A stretch of DNA of 32,000 nt from Lysobacter enzymogenes (GTDB lineage Bacteria > Pseudomonadota > Gammaproteobacteria > Xanthomonadales > Xanthomonadaceae), in NCBI RefSeq assembly GCF_023617245.1, contig NZ_CP067396.1, positions 6,043,271 through 6,075,270 of the forward strand, given 5' to 3'. The notes beneath the pieces were generated by a model. It did no database searches, had not been told where the DNA came from, and saw only the letters and a program-made list of their open reading frames with translations. The position numbers and the translations under genes were made by a program. Positions within the stretch are counted from its first letter, which is position 1, and each line of letters starts with the position of its first letter. This document shows, one piece after another, positions 24,724-32,000 of this stretch.

Positions 24724-26487
24724 TCAGTGCCCCAGGACGCGGATCTTGAAGGAGTTGAGCTTGCCCTTGGCGGCGGCGTTCGCGGCCAGCGGCACGTCGG
24801 CGATTTCCAGGGTCCAGGTGCCCTTGGCCGGCTCGTCGAGGAACGCGTTGGACGAGACGAAGTCGAGCTTGAACGCGGAGCTGCTCACGCTGGTCATCGC
24901 CGGCACGATGGTGCTGCGCGTGCCCTTGGGCGAGATCAGCACGACCTGCAGCGGGAACGGCGTGTTCGAGGCGCTCGAATAGTCGGTCGCCAGGCCCAAC
25001 TGCACGCCTTCGATCTTGGCGATGTCGCGGTCGATCGCGATCTGCAGCTTGGCCGGCGCGCCGGCGCCGCCGATGGCGACCGCCTGCGCCGGCGCGACGC
25101 GCTGCCAGCCGCTGTCGACCAGCGCCGGCAGCGGCTTGAAGCGGCCGGCGAGTTCGACCGCGGCGGTCGCGTCCACCAGGCCGAAGCCGTACCAGTTGCT
25201 GAAGAGGCGGCCCGCGGCGTTCTTGCGCCAGCCCGGAACCAGCAAGGTTCCGTTGGCGTGCTTGACGTCCGGCTGGTCCTTGTCCACCTGGCGCGCGGTC
25301 GTGGCCAGGATGTACTTGACCTCGCGCACGCCGAGCTTTGGATTGGCCTGCAACACCAGCGCAGCCACGCCGGACACCGTCGGCGCCGCCGCCGAGGTGC
25401 CGCTCATGGTGCCGTTGTAGTCGCAGCTCGCATCGATGGCCGAAGTCGCGTGGTCGAGCCGGTTGAACGCTTCGGCGTCTTCGCGGTTGTAGCCCATCGC
25501 GCAGCCGGAGGGGTCCGTCGTCACGATCGCGGGGCTGTAGATCGCGTCGCCGAAATACCCGCGATACAGCGTTTGCGTCGCGTCGCTCAGAACGTCGCGC
25601 TCGGCGCCGAACTCGCCGCCCAAGCCCGACACCCACAGTGCGGAACCGGCCGAGGAGTACACCGCGCGTCGGCCGCTCGCATCCACCGACGCGATGGTCA
25701 TGACGCCGAACAGGTTGTTGCGCGGGTCCAGACCCGTCTGCACGCACCCCACGTTGGCGTCGATGATGACCTGCGCGCACTTCGGCCGCGAGCCGCCGAC
25801 GTCGCGCTGCAGGTAGTTGTTGCCGGCTGCCTTGACGAAGACGCGTCCGCGCCCGTTGCGCGCGGCCGCCATCGGCTTCTCGTAAGCGTCGACCTGGTTC
25901 TCGGAGAACGTCTGCGGCGACCCGCTGCCCACGCCCCAGCTGTTGTTGGAGACATCGACGTCCTGCGCTTCGGCGCCGTTCCACCACGCGTAGAAGATCT
26001 TGTCCTCGCTCAGCGAAGTGGAGACGTCGCCGAAGCCGTTGAAGCTCTTGAGCCGCGCGCCCGGTGCGACGCCGCGCACGCCGATGCCGTTCCAGCCCAC
26101 CGCGCCGATGATGCCGGCGACCGAGGTGCCGTGGCCGTAGCTGGGCGTCGTCGGCGTCGGATCGTGTTCGGGGCGGCCCGGATCGAAGTTCTTGGAACCG
26201 TTGGGCACCACGTTGGCGACGAGGTCGGCATGGTGGATGTCCACGCCCTGGTCGAGCACGCCGACGACGACGCCCTTGCCGCGGATGTTGTAGTCGTGCA
26301 GGTCGTCGATGCCCAGGTCGACCGCGACCGTCGGCTTGGTGTCGCCGAGCACGGCCTGGCCGTAGTTCATCAGATGCCATTGATAGCGATACAGCGGATC
26401 GCCTTGCTGCGCCTGCGCGGCCCCGGCCGACAGGGCCGCCAGGGTCGCTACGCCGAGGATCGTTCTCTTGCCGAATAGCTGTCGCAT
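24724..26487 (-). CDS. kexin-like subtilase (peptidase S8) with C-terminal P-domain and no N-terminal propeptide (copy 1)
   Basis: AAGGAG lies 7 nt upstream of ATG 26487. The signal peptide ends AAQAQQ and is followed directly by DPLYRYQWHL. Triad contexts are VGVLDQGVD, GHGTSVAGIIGA and GTMSGTSAAAPTVSGVAAL. The C-terminal GTWTLEIAD...GKLNSFKIRVLGH is P-domain-like. Confidence 0.9.
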   Translation of the reverse strand: MRQLFGKRTILGVATLAALSAGAAQAQQGDPLYRYQWHLMNYGQAVLGDTKPTVAVDLGIDDLHDYNIRGKGVVVGVLDQGVDIHHADLVANVVPNGSKNFDPGRPEHDPTPTTPSYGHGTSVAGIIGAVGWNGIGVRGVAPGARLKSFNGFGDVSTSLSEDKIFYAWWNGAEAQDVDVSNNSWGVGSGSPQTFSENQVDAYEKPMAAARNGRGRVFVKAAGNNYLQRDVGGSRPKCAQVIIDANVGCVQTGLDPRNNLFGVMTIASVDASGRRAVYSSAGSALWVSGLGGEFGAERDVLSDATQTLYRGYFGDAIYSPAIVTTDPSGCAMGYNREDAEAFNRLDHATSAIDASCDYNGTMSGTSAAAPTVSGVAALVLQANPKLGVREVKYILATTARQVDKDQPDVKHANGTLLVPGWRKNAAGRLFSNWYGFGLVDATAAVELAGRFKPLPALVDSGWQRVAPAQAVAIGGAGAPAKLQIAIDRDIAKIEGVQLGLATDYSSASNTPFPLQVVLISPKGTRSTIVPAMTSVSSSAFKLDFVSSNAFLDEPAKGTWTLEIADVPLAANAAAKGKLNSFKIRVLGH

Positions 26488-27016
26488 GCCGCCGACTCCT
26501 TGGTTTTCGCCGGGCATGCCGCGCCCGTCGCAGCCGGAGCGCTCGCTCCGGCCGATGCGGGCCGCATGCACGGGGTGGGTGGACTGATCGGTCCTATCTA
26601 GAACGCGTGGCGATCGACGAACCCCTATCCGCGCGACGGGTTCGGCCGGTCAGCAAACCGAACGCTGCGGGCATGGGGGAGGCTGGCTGCGTTGCGTTGT
26701 CGTGGCTGATTTTTCGTCAGCGCGCGCGCAGTTCGTGTCGCTCGCGCCGGTTCGGCGCAGGCAATCGACGCGCGCTATGCCCGCATGAGCGCTGCGACGA
26801 TGGCGCACGAGGGTTCGGCGATCCCACTGACGGGGTGCGCGTGTTTTTATGACAATGCGCGATATTCGGCTCGCCGCGGCTCGATGCGCGGCGGATCGAC
26901 GAGCGCGCTGCGCGCATCGCGCGCGCGATGCGGCTGTCTCCAAGGCTCGTATACGCCGAGCCGCGGCGGCGGCGAGGCCGCTGCCGCCGCGGACGATGTC
27001 TGGTGCGGCGCCAGCG

Positions 27017-27235
27017 TCAGCAGCTGACGGTCTGTCCGCCGGTGTAGACGCTGGTCACGGTGCCGGTGACGGTGATTTGCCCGGTGCACTGGTTGTGCAC
27101 GGCGTGGCCGACGATTTGTCCGTCCTGATAGTAGGTGTAGGCCCAACCGGGAGGCGGCAGTTTCCCTCCCGCCGCCCATGCGATGCTGGTCACGCCCGCC
27201 AAGGTCAGTGCAAGCAACAGGGTCTTCGCGCGCAT
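27017..27235 (-). CDS. small secreted two-Cys peptide (DUF6289-like?)
   Basis: AAGGAG lies 8 nt upstream. The signal peptide is MRAKTLLLALTLAGVTSIAWA. The ~50-aa mature part, GKLPPPGWAYTYYQDGQIVGHAVHNQCTGQITVTGTVTSVYTGGQTVSC, ends in Cys. Confidence 0.6.
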   Translation of the reverse strand: MRAKTLLLALTLAGVTSIAWAAGGKLPPPGWAYTYYQDGQIVGHAVHNQCTGQITVTGTVTSVYTGGQTVSC

Positions 27236-27562
27236 CTCGGGTTTCTCCTTGTGTCCGGCCGGATGCCGGAACTACAACATGCGCACCCGGCAACGCGTGC
27301 GCACGCCGCATCGCATCATCGTGAAACGCGGGTTATCGCTGAATGCGGCGAAATTCATGATCGCGGACACGAAACCCGCTTCGGGTCGCGATGCCGGCGA
27401 AACGAGCTGCTCAAAACGAAGATCTATCGAAGCGGATAGCGCCATGGCTACGGCCGCAATCGCCGCATTACGCCGAGGCTTGGCTGGGTCGATGATCCGC
27501 CCGATGCCCGCCGCGCCGCGCAAGCCGAGACCCCGCGACACGTCGAACACAGCGACCGCAGT

Positions 27563-28036
27563 TCAACCCGGATCGCGGCCGTCGGATGGCGATGCCGCGG
27601 CAGCGGGCGCCTTGAGTTGCGCAGGCAAGACGACGCGTCCGCCGTCGTCGCGGCGCAGCGGAGCGATGCCTGTCACCAGCGCTTTGTCCAACGCGGCGTA
27701 CAGGTGGGGAAACAGCAGCCCGCTGCGCGGCGAGAGTTCCCATTTGAGCTGTTCGCCGGCGGCGCGCAGATCCACCGCCGCGACGAACAGGTCGTCGTTG
27801 CCGGCGAAATGCAGGTCGGCGGTGCGGGTCAGCTGGCTTTCGGTGGAGAGGTGGACGAAGCCGTCTTCCAGGTCCTTGGCCGAACCTTCGAATCGTCCGC
27901 TCGCGTCGAGCGTGTGCCGCTCCGACCGGGTCAGGATCTTGTAGGCGATCGGCGGACGCGCGGCGCCCGCGCCCGCCGGCGTGTCTTGGCCGTCGCCACC
28001 GGCCAGCATCGATGCGATGAGCGCGATTGCGATCAT
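27563..28036 (-). CDS. DUF952 domain protein
   Basis: IAYKILTRSE...DGFVHLSTESQL...LFVAAVDLRAAGEQLKWELSPRSGLLFPHLYAALDKALV matches the DUF952 pattern (DGFIHLS ... WE.SR.G..FPHLYG.L). GGGAG lies 7 nt upstream of the ATG. Confidence 0.8.
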   Translation of the reverse strand: MIAIALIASMLAGGDGQDTPAGAGAARPPIAYKILTRSERHTLDASGRFEGSAKDLEDGFVHLSTESQLTRTADLHFAGNDDLFVAAVDLRAAGEQLKWELSPRSGLLFPHLYAALDKALVTGIAPLRRDDGGRVVLPAQLKAPAAAASPSDGRDPG

Positions 28037-28433
28037 TCTGGATCTCCCGTCGTGTCCTGCGCAGCGAGCGCACGCTCATAGCGTAGCGAACGCCGCACGC
28101 CACTGCTACGCGACGACCGCCGCGCGGCGCGAGTCGGGCCGTTCGCAGCGGCGTCGCTTGCGCCGAGCGCGCTCACTCTTCCGAGATGCGGCTTTGCGCC
28201 GGCTTCACGTACCCGTAGCCGCCAGACCGCTTGGAAACGACGCTTGTTCGTTTCATGCTCCATGCGGCGGGTCGAACCCGCACCGTGGCGCGCGACGATC
28301 GAACCTGTGTCGATCCCATTTTCGAAATGCAAAACCGGCCGAGTGTTTCGTGCGCGCCAGCGACTTCGGCAACGCATCGGCACTGCGCCGCGATCGGCGA
28401 CGCGTGCAGCGACACCTATTCAGCCGCTGCGCT

Positions 28434-29102
28434 TCAGATGAAGCACGATTCGAAGTTCTCGCTCTCGACCGGCGCGCGGTTGTACTTCTTCACGAACGAC
28501 TCCGGCTTGCGCACGAACGCTTCGAACGCGCGCTGCCCGCTGGAGACGGCGTGCGCCAGGGCGTCGTAGAAACTGTCGTCGCCGCCGAGGAACAGCTGGT
28601 CGCCGGCCTGTTTTTCCAGGCGCTCCACCGCTTTTTGCAGTTCGCGCCGGTATCGGGCCGCGGCCTTTGCGATCCGCACCAGTTCCGCCGCGCGCAGCCG
28701 TTCGCGCAGGGCCGCGCGCGCGATCGCCGGGTACGCGGGGTCGAGGCTGGATTTGGGCCAGTCCAAAGCGGCGACGACGGACCAAAAATCCTTCGGCTCG
28801 GCGCGCGCCAGCCGCGCGGCCAGACGCTTGGCCTTCGGGTCCGGCCGCAGCGCTGCGTCGTCCAGGCGCTGGCTTTTCTTCAGCAACGCATCGACCTGGG
28901 CGCGCGGCAGGGAGAACACCGTTCTCGACCCCAGTTCCTTGAGGATCAGGCGGCACGCGCTCTTGTCCGAGGTCGCGGCGCGCACGCCGAAGGCGGCGCC
29001 CTTGACCAGCACGCCGGACTGGCCGCGCGCGTTGGCCAACGCGCAGGCCTGCCTGGCCTGGTACAGGTACCACTGGTAGGAATCGCCGCCGAGTATCGCC
29101 AT
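28434..29102 (-). CDS. hypothetical protein with DUF4240-like C-terminal half
   Basis: AAGGA lies upstream of ATG 29102. FWSVVAALDW...LFLGGDDSFYDALAHAVSSGQRAFEAFVRKPESF resembles DUF4240 (FW.LI ... GG.SDD.F.DF..W.I.QG). The upstream 178 codons of the 400-aa track ORF look like non-coding read-through. Confidence 0.5.
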   Translation of the reverse strand: MAILGGDSYQWYLYQARQACALANARGQSGVLVKGAAFGVRAATSDKSACRLILKELGSRTVFSLPRAQVDALLKKSQRLDDAALRPDPKAKRLAARLARAEPKDFWSVVAALDWPKSSLDPAYPAIARAALRERLRAAELVRIAKAAARYRRELQKAVERLEKQAGDQLFLGGDDSFYDALAHAVSSGQRAFEAFVRKPESFVKKYNRAPVESENFESCFI

Positions 29103-29317
29103 GGTCCGTCCTTGCCGCGCAGCGACGATGCGCGCCGGCGCGATCATCGTCCTGGGTCGGGCCGATACTATCCCATGGGTCCTGCCGCGGCGTTTCGCGC
29201 GCTGGCGGCGAACGGCCGCGCCGACCGGCGCGAAGCCGCGCCGTCGCGGGGCCGCCCGGTCCCACCGGCTGGGTCCTGGCGCGGCGCGAACGGCCGCGTC
29301 GTGCGGCCCGCCGGACG

Positions 29318-29725
29318 CTAATCGACGCGGCGCTGGCGCTTGGCGCGGAAACGCTTCTCGCGCACGCGCCGTTCGGCGTAGGCGACCACGCGCGCGGACC
29401 ACGCTTCGAGCATGACCCCGCTGTTGGCCAGCACCGTCCATACGCCGCGCTCGATCCAGCGTTCGTTGCGGTTGTAGCAGACCCGCCAATCGCCGAACTG
29501 GTCCTCGGGCAACTGGGTCCAGGCGCATTGGCCGACCATCACCGACAGCGCCGCATCGACGAAGCGGCGCGTATCGGGCCGGCGCGAATCCTCCAGGGCG
29601 ATGACCTGGCGCACCACCTGTTCCAGCAACGGCCATTCGCTGTCGCTGAGTTGCACGAAGCGGGCGCGTCCGCGCGCATCTTCGCGTCCATGGCCGATCC
29701 GGTCCCGCCTGATTTCGGTTTGCAT
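29318..29725 (-). CDS. stand-alone IS5-type transposase N-terminal HTH (DUF4096-like) protein without a DDE domain
   Basis: LSDSEWPLLEQVV...RRPDTRRFVDAALSVMVGQCAWTQLPEDQFGDWRVCYNRNERWIERGVWTVL fits the DUF4096 pattern (LSD.EW..I...GRP..D.R...A.L.V..TG..W..LP...G.W..VY.R..RW...GVW). A basic tail follows and then a stop. No DDE ORF lies downstream. Confidence 0.7.
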   Translation of the reverse strand: MQTEIRRDRIGHGREDARGRARFVQLSDSEWPLLEQVVRQVIALEDSRRPDTRRFVDAALSVMVGQCAWTQLPEDQFGDWRVCYNRNERWIERGVWTVLANSGVMLEAWSARVVAYAERRVREKRFRAKRQRRVD

Positions 29726-29794
29726 GCTTCCCTCCTGGCTGCGCGTCGCGCCGCGGCCTCGCGGTCGCCGGCGCGCGCGTTCACTCCTGTGCGT

Positions 29795-30211
29795 TCATTC
29801 CTGCCGGAGCAGGCGCTCGCGTTTGCGCGCGCCGCGACGCGCCCGCTCCTGGTCCTGGCGCTGCGCGTACTGGGCGATGCGTTGCGCCCAGGCCTGCGGC
29901 AGGGCGCCGCTGCGCAGCGCCCGCAGCCACACGCCGCGCGCCATCCAGCGGCGGTTGCGGCGGTAGTTGGACACCCAGTTGCCATAGTCCTGCGCCGGCA
30001 GGTCGGTCCAGTAGCAATGGCCGGTCATCACCGACAGCGCGGCGTCGACGAAGCGACGGTCGTCACGCTCGCTGCCGGCGCGCACCAGCGCCGGTTCGCC
30101 GAGCGCGCGCTTGAACGCCTCCCACTCGCCGTCGTCCAGCGCGATGGCACGGCGCTGCGCGTTCGCCGCCGCCGTGGCCGCGTCGTCGCGCGGCGTCGGG
30201 TCGTGCTCCAT
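29795..30211 (-). CDS. second stand-alone DUF4096-like HTH protein (paralog)
   Basis: AGGAG lies 8 nt upstream of ATG 30211. LDDGEWEAFKRAL...ERDDRRFVDAALSVMTGHCYWTDLPAQDYGNWVSNYRRNRRWMARGVWLRAL is parallel to 29318-29725. Confidence 0.7.
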   Translation of the reverse strand: MEHDPTPRDDAATAAANAQRRAIALDDGEWEAFKRALGEPALVRAGSERDDRRFVDAALSVMTGHCYWTDLPAQDYGNWVSNYRRNRRWMARGVWLRALRSGALPQAWAQRIAQYAQRQDQERARRGARKRERLLRQE

Positions 30212-30546
30212 GGTACTGCTCCTGCTCCGAATCCCCGGTTCTCGATCTCTTGCGCCTTTTCCGAATCCTTGTCGTTCTCGCGCCCGCGCCGCGCGCGTCG
30301 TCGCGCACGTCGCCGCGCCTACCGACATCGGGCCGCGAAGGCGACGCCGGGGCGCGCGCCGCCCTCGGCGCCGGCGCGTTGCCGGCGCACGCTGCGGGTC
30401 GTCCGCGATCGTGTCGATCCCTGCGAAGCCGGCGGGCGTCTTCGCGTCTGCGCCAGCCTGGCTGGCGTACTGCGGCCGCCGCGGGCGGCGAACCGCGGGG
30501 CCGGCAGCGGCCCCGCCTATGCACACGCGTCTACCTGCGAAACCGC

Positions 30547-30568
30547 GGCGCCGGGCGAGCCCGGCGCC
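30547..30568 (-). terminator. GC-rich hairpin just downstream of the ORF2-like gene, copy 2
   Basis: GGCGCCGGG-CGAG-CCCGGCGCC, a 9-bp stem. On the minus strand only a weak U-tract (GGTTTCG) follows. Confidence 0.35.
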
Positions 30569-30577
30569 GCGACGCGA

Positions 30578-31138
30578 TCACCACGGAACCCGACGCTGCT
30601 CGACCAGGCGCGGATTGACTTCCTTCACGCCGGCCTGGCCCTGGATCAGCTGGCGCGCCTGCATCGCCTGGCTCACCGAGGCGTAGCCGATGGTGGCGTT
30701 GCCGCCGACCGCCGAGGAGTACAGCAGGGTGCCGCCGGTCTGCTTGACCAACTGGTCGACCACGCCCGGGTGGCTGAAGTAGACGTTGAGCTCGGGCGCG
30801 ACGATCACCGTGTCGCCGGACCCGGACACCGCGGCGCCGAGGTTCTCGCCGCCGACGCTGAGCGAGCGGGCGCTGCGCGCGCTCGCCACGGCCGCCGCCG
30901 GTACCGCGACCACGTAGTCGCCGGGCACGAGTTCGCGACCGGCCTCGGTGCTGGCTTCGGCCGGCTTGGTGACCACCGCCGACGGCGCGATGCGGTACTC
31001 GGTGTGGCCGATGGTGAAGCTTTCGCCGACCGCGGCCTGGGCCAGTTCGGCCTTGGACGCGGAGACCTGGGCCAGTGCCGCCGGCGCCATCGCCATGGCC
31101 AGCACGCCCGCGCAGATCGAAAGGGAATGATTTTTCAT
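30578..31138 (-). CDS. secreted protease partner, ASP-ORF2-like external chaperone / propeptide-like protein (copy 2)
   Basis: It starts 2 nt after the protease stop. The signal peptide is MKNHSLSICAGVLAMAMAPAALAQ. It aligns with copy 1, for example ELAQAAVGESFTIGHTEYRIAP vs ELQQAATGDSFSIGDTRFTLAP and GGTLLYSSAVGGNATIGYASVSQAM vs GGKLTYSSKVGGNGRIEFGSVQDAM. Confidence 0.65.
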   Translation of the reverse strand: MKNHSLSICAGVLAMAMAPAALAQVSASKAELAQAAVGESFTIGHTEYRIAPSAVVTKPAEASTEAGRELVPGDYVVAVPAAAVASARSARSLSVGGENLGAAVSGSGDTVIVAPELNVYFSHPGVVDQLVKQTGGTLLYSSAVGGNATIGYASVSQAMQARQLIQGQAGVKEVNPRLVEQRRVPW

Positions 31139-31140
31139 GC

Positions 31141-32000
31141 TCAGTGCCCCAGGACGCGGATCTTGAACGAGGAGAGTTTGCCCTTGGCGTCGGTACCGGC
31201 CGCGAGGCTGGTGTCGGCCACTTCGACCGTCCAATTGCCGGTGCCGGACTCGTCGAGGAAGGCGTTGACCGCGGCCAGGTCGAAGGTCATCGTCGCGCCG
31301 ACCGGCACCGAGCCGGCGGGCACCACGATCGCGCGGGTGCCGCTCGGCGAGACCAGGGTGACGACCAGCGGGGTGGACTTCAGCGGCAGGGTGTTGCCGA
31401 CCGGGTAGTCCGAGGCCAGGCCGATCTGCACCGCTTCGATGCGGCCCGCGCCGGCGGCGAGGTTGACGCTGGCGCGCGCCGGCGCCGAAGCGTTGCCGAT
31501 CGCCTGCGGGGTTTCCAGGTCCACGCGCTGCCAGCCGCTGTCGACCAGGGCGCCGAGCGACTTGAAGCCGGTCGCGCGGGTCACCGCGGCGGTCGCGTCG
31601 ACCAGGCCGTAGCCGTACCAGTTGCTGTAAGGACGGCCGGCGGCGTTGGTGGTCCAGCCCGCCGACAGCACGGTGCCGTTGGCGTCGGTCACCGCGGCCT
31701 GGGTCGGATCGACCTTGCGCGCGGTGGTGGCGAGGATGTACTTGACGTCGCGGAAGCTCAGCTTCGGGTTGGCCTGCAGCAGCAGCGCGACCACGCCGGT
31801 CACCGTCGGCGAGGCCGCCGAAGTGCCGTTCATGGTCGCGGCGTAGTTGCAGGTGTTGTCGATGGCGGACTGGTTCGACTCCAGGCGGTTGAGGTCGAAG
31901 TCGGACCAGAACTGCACCGGGGCCACCCGGTTGGTGTTGTAGCCGCGCGCGCAGCCCGACAGGTCGGTGGTCATGATCGCCGGATCGAAGCGCACCGCCG
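31141..32000 (-). CDS. kexin-like S8 subtilase with P-domain (copy 2), N-terminal part outside window
   Basis: NGTSAASPTVTGVVALLLQANPKLSFRDVKYILATTARKVD provides the catalytic Ser context. The P-domain tail GNWTVEVAD...GKLSSFKIRVLGH is present. The frame stays open and homologous to copy 1 up to the window edge. Confidence 0.88.
   Translation of the reverse strand, partial: AVRFDPAIMTTDLSGCARGYNTNRVAPVQFWSDFDLNRLESNQSAIDNTCNYAATMNGTSAASPTVTGVVALLLQANPKLSFRDVKYILATTARKVDPTQAAVTDANGTVLSAGWTTNAAGRPYSNWYGYGLVDATAAVTRATGFKSLGALVDSGWQRVDLETPQAIGNASAPARASVNLAAGAGRIEAVQIGLASDYPVGNTLPLKSTPLVVTLVSPSGTRAIVVPAGSVPVGATMTFDLAAVNAFLDESGTGNWTVEVADTSLAAGTDAKGKLSSFKIRVLGH

Noticed and set aside
24173-26478. 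735-aa minus ORF (24173-26380) and 590-aa plus ORF (24706-26478) overlapping the protease
   Set aside because: Only the last 182 codons of the 735-aa ORF (from ATG 24721) look like a real secreted protein. The upstream part and the plus-strand ORF are alternative frames of the S8 protease gene and have Arg/Gly-rich nonsense composition.
29318-30211. Annotating the two DUF4096-like genes as an insertion sequence
   Set aside because: There is no DDE transposase ORF, no frameshift partner and no terminal inverted repeats that I could find. They are reported as stand-alone HTH genes instead.
27183-31408. Long plus-strand ORFs (27183-27944, 27981-29321, 29528-31408) and the 5' extensions of minus ORFs 28434-29636 and 29795-30526
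   Set aside because: They are shadow frames opposite or upstream of genes with recognisable domains (DUF952, DUF4240-like, DUF4096-like, ORF2-like). Internal ATGs with Shine-Dalgarno sequences give sensible shorter proteins.

Overview
High-GC proteobacterial DNA. Composition and gene content look Xanthomonadaceae/Lysobacter-like, but that is inference only. The window holds three accessory blocks.
(1) 1-6000: a translationally coupled DUF2924 / large serine recombinase / small HTH module. It is followed by a visibly AT-richer Type II restriction-modification cassette: vsr, a C5-cytosine methyltransferase, a controller (C) protein with a textbook C-box, and a restriction endonuclease. The endonuclease carries the PD...(S/A)xK...E catalytic motif and the R-S-D-R recognition motif of the Cfr10I/NgoMIV CCGG family.
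(2) 6684-20941: an Rhs polymorphic-toxin array. It contains one full-length rhs (1538 codons), one 5'-truncated rhs (921 codons), two orphan rhs C-terminal cassettes each silenced by a single in-frame TAG, and one toxin-less rhs remnant. Five immunity genes accompany them, four with a signal peptide or lipobox. A conserved GGCCCCG-NCAA-CGGGGCC terminator hairpin sits at four cassette boundaries.
(3) 21300-32000: small secreted proteins, an acyltransferase-3 membrane protein, and two paralogous operons. Each operon encodes a propeptide-less kexin-like S8 serine protease plus a downstream secreted partner resembling the external chaperone ORF2 of Aeromonas sobria ASP. Between the operons lie a small Cys peptide, a DUF952 gene, a DUF4240-like gene and two tandem DDE-less IS5-type (DUF4096) HTH proteins.
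No rRNA, tRNA or CRISPR array was seen. Many long ORFs in the supplied track are GC-driven shadow frames and were discarded.
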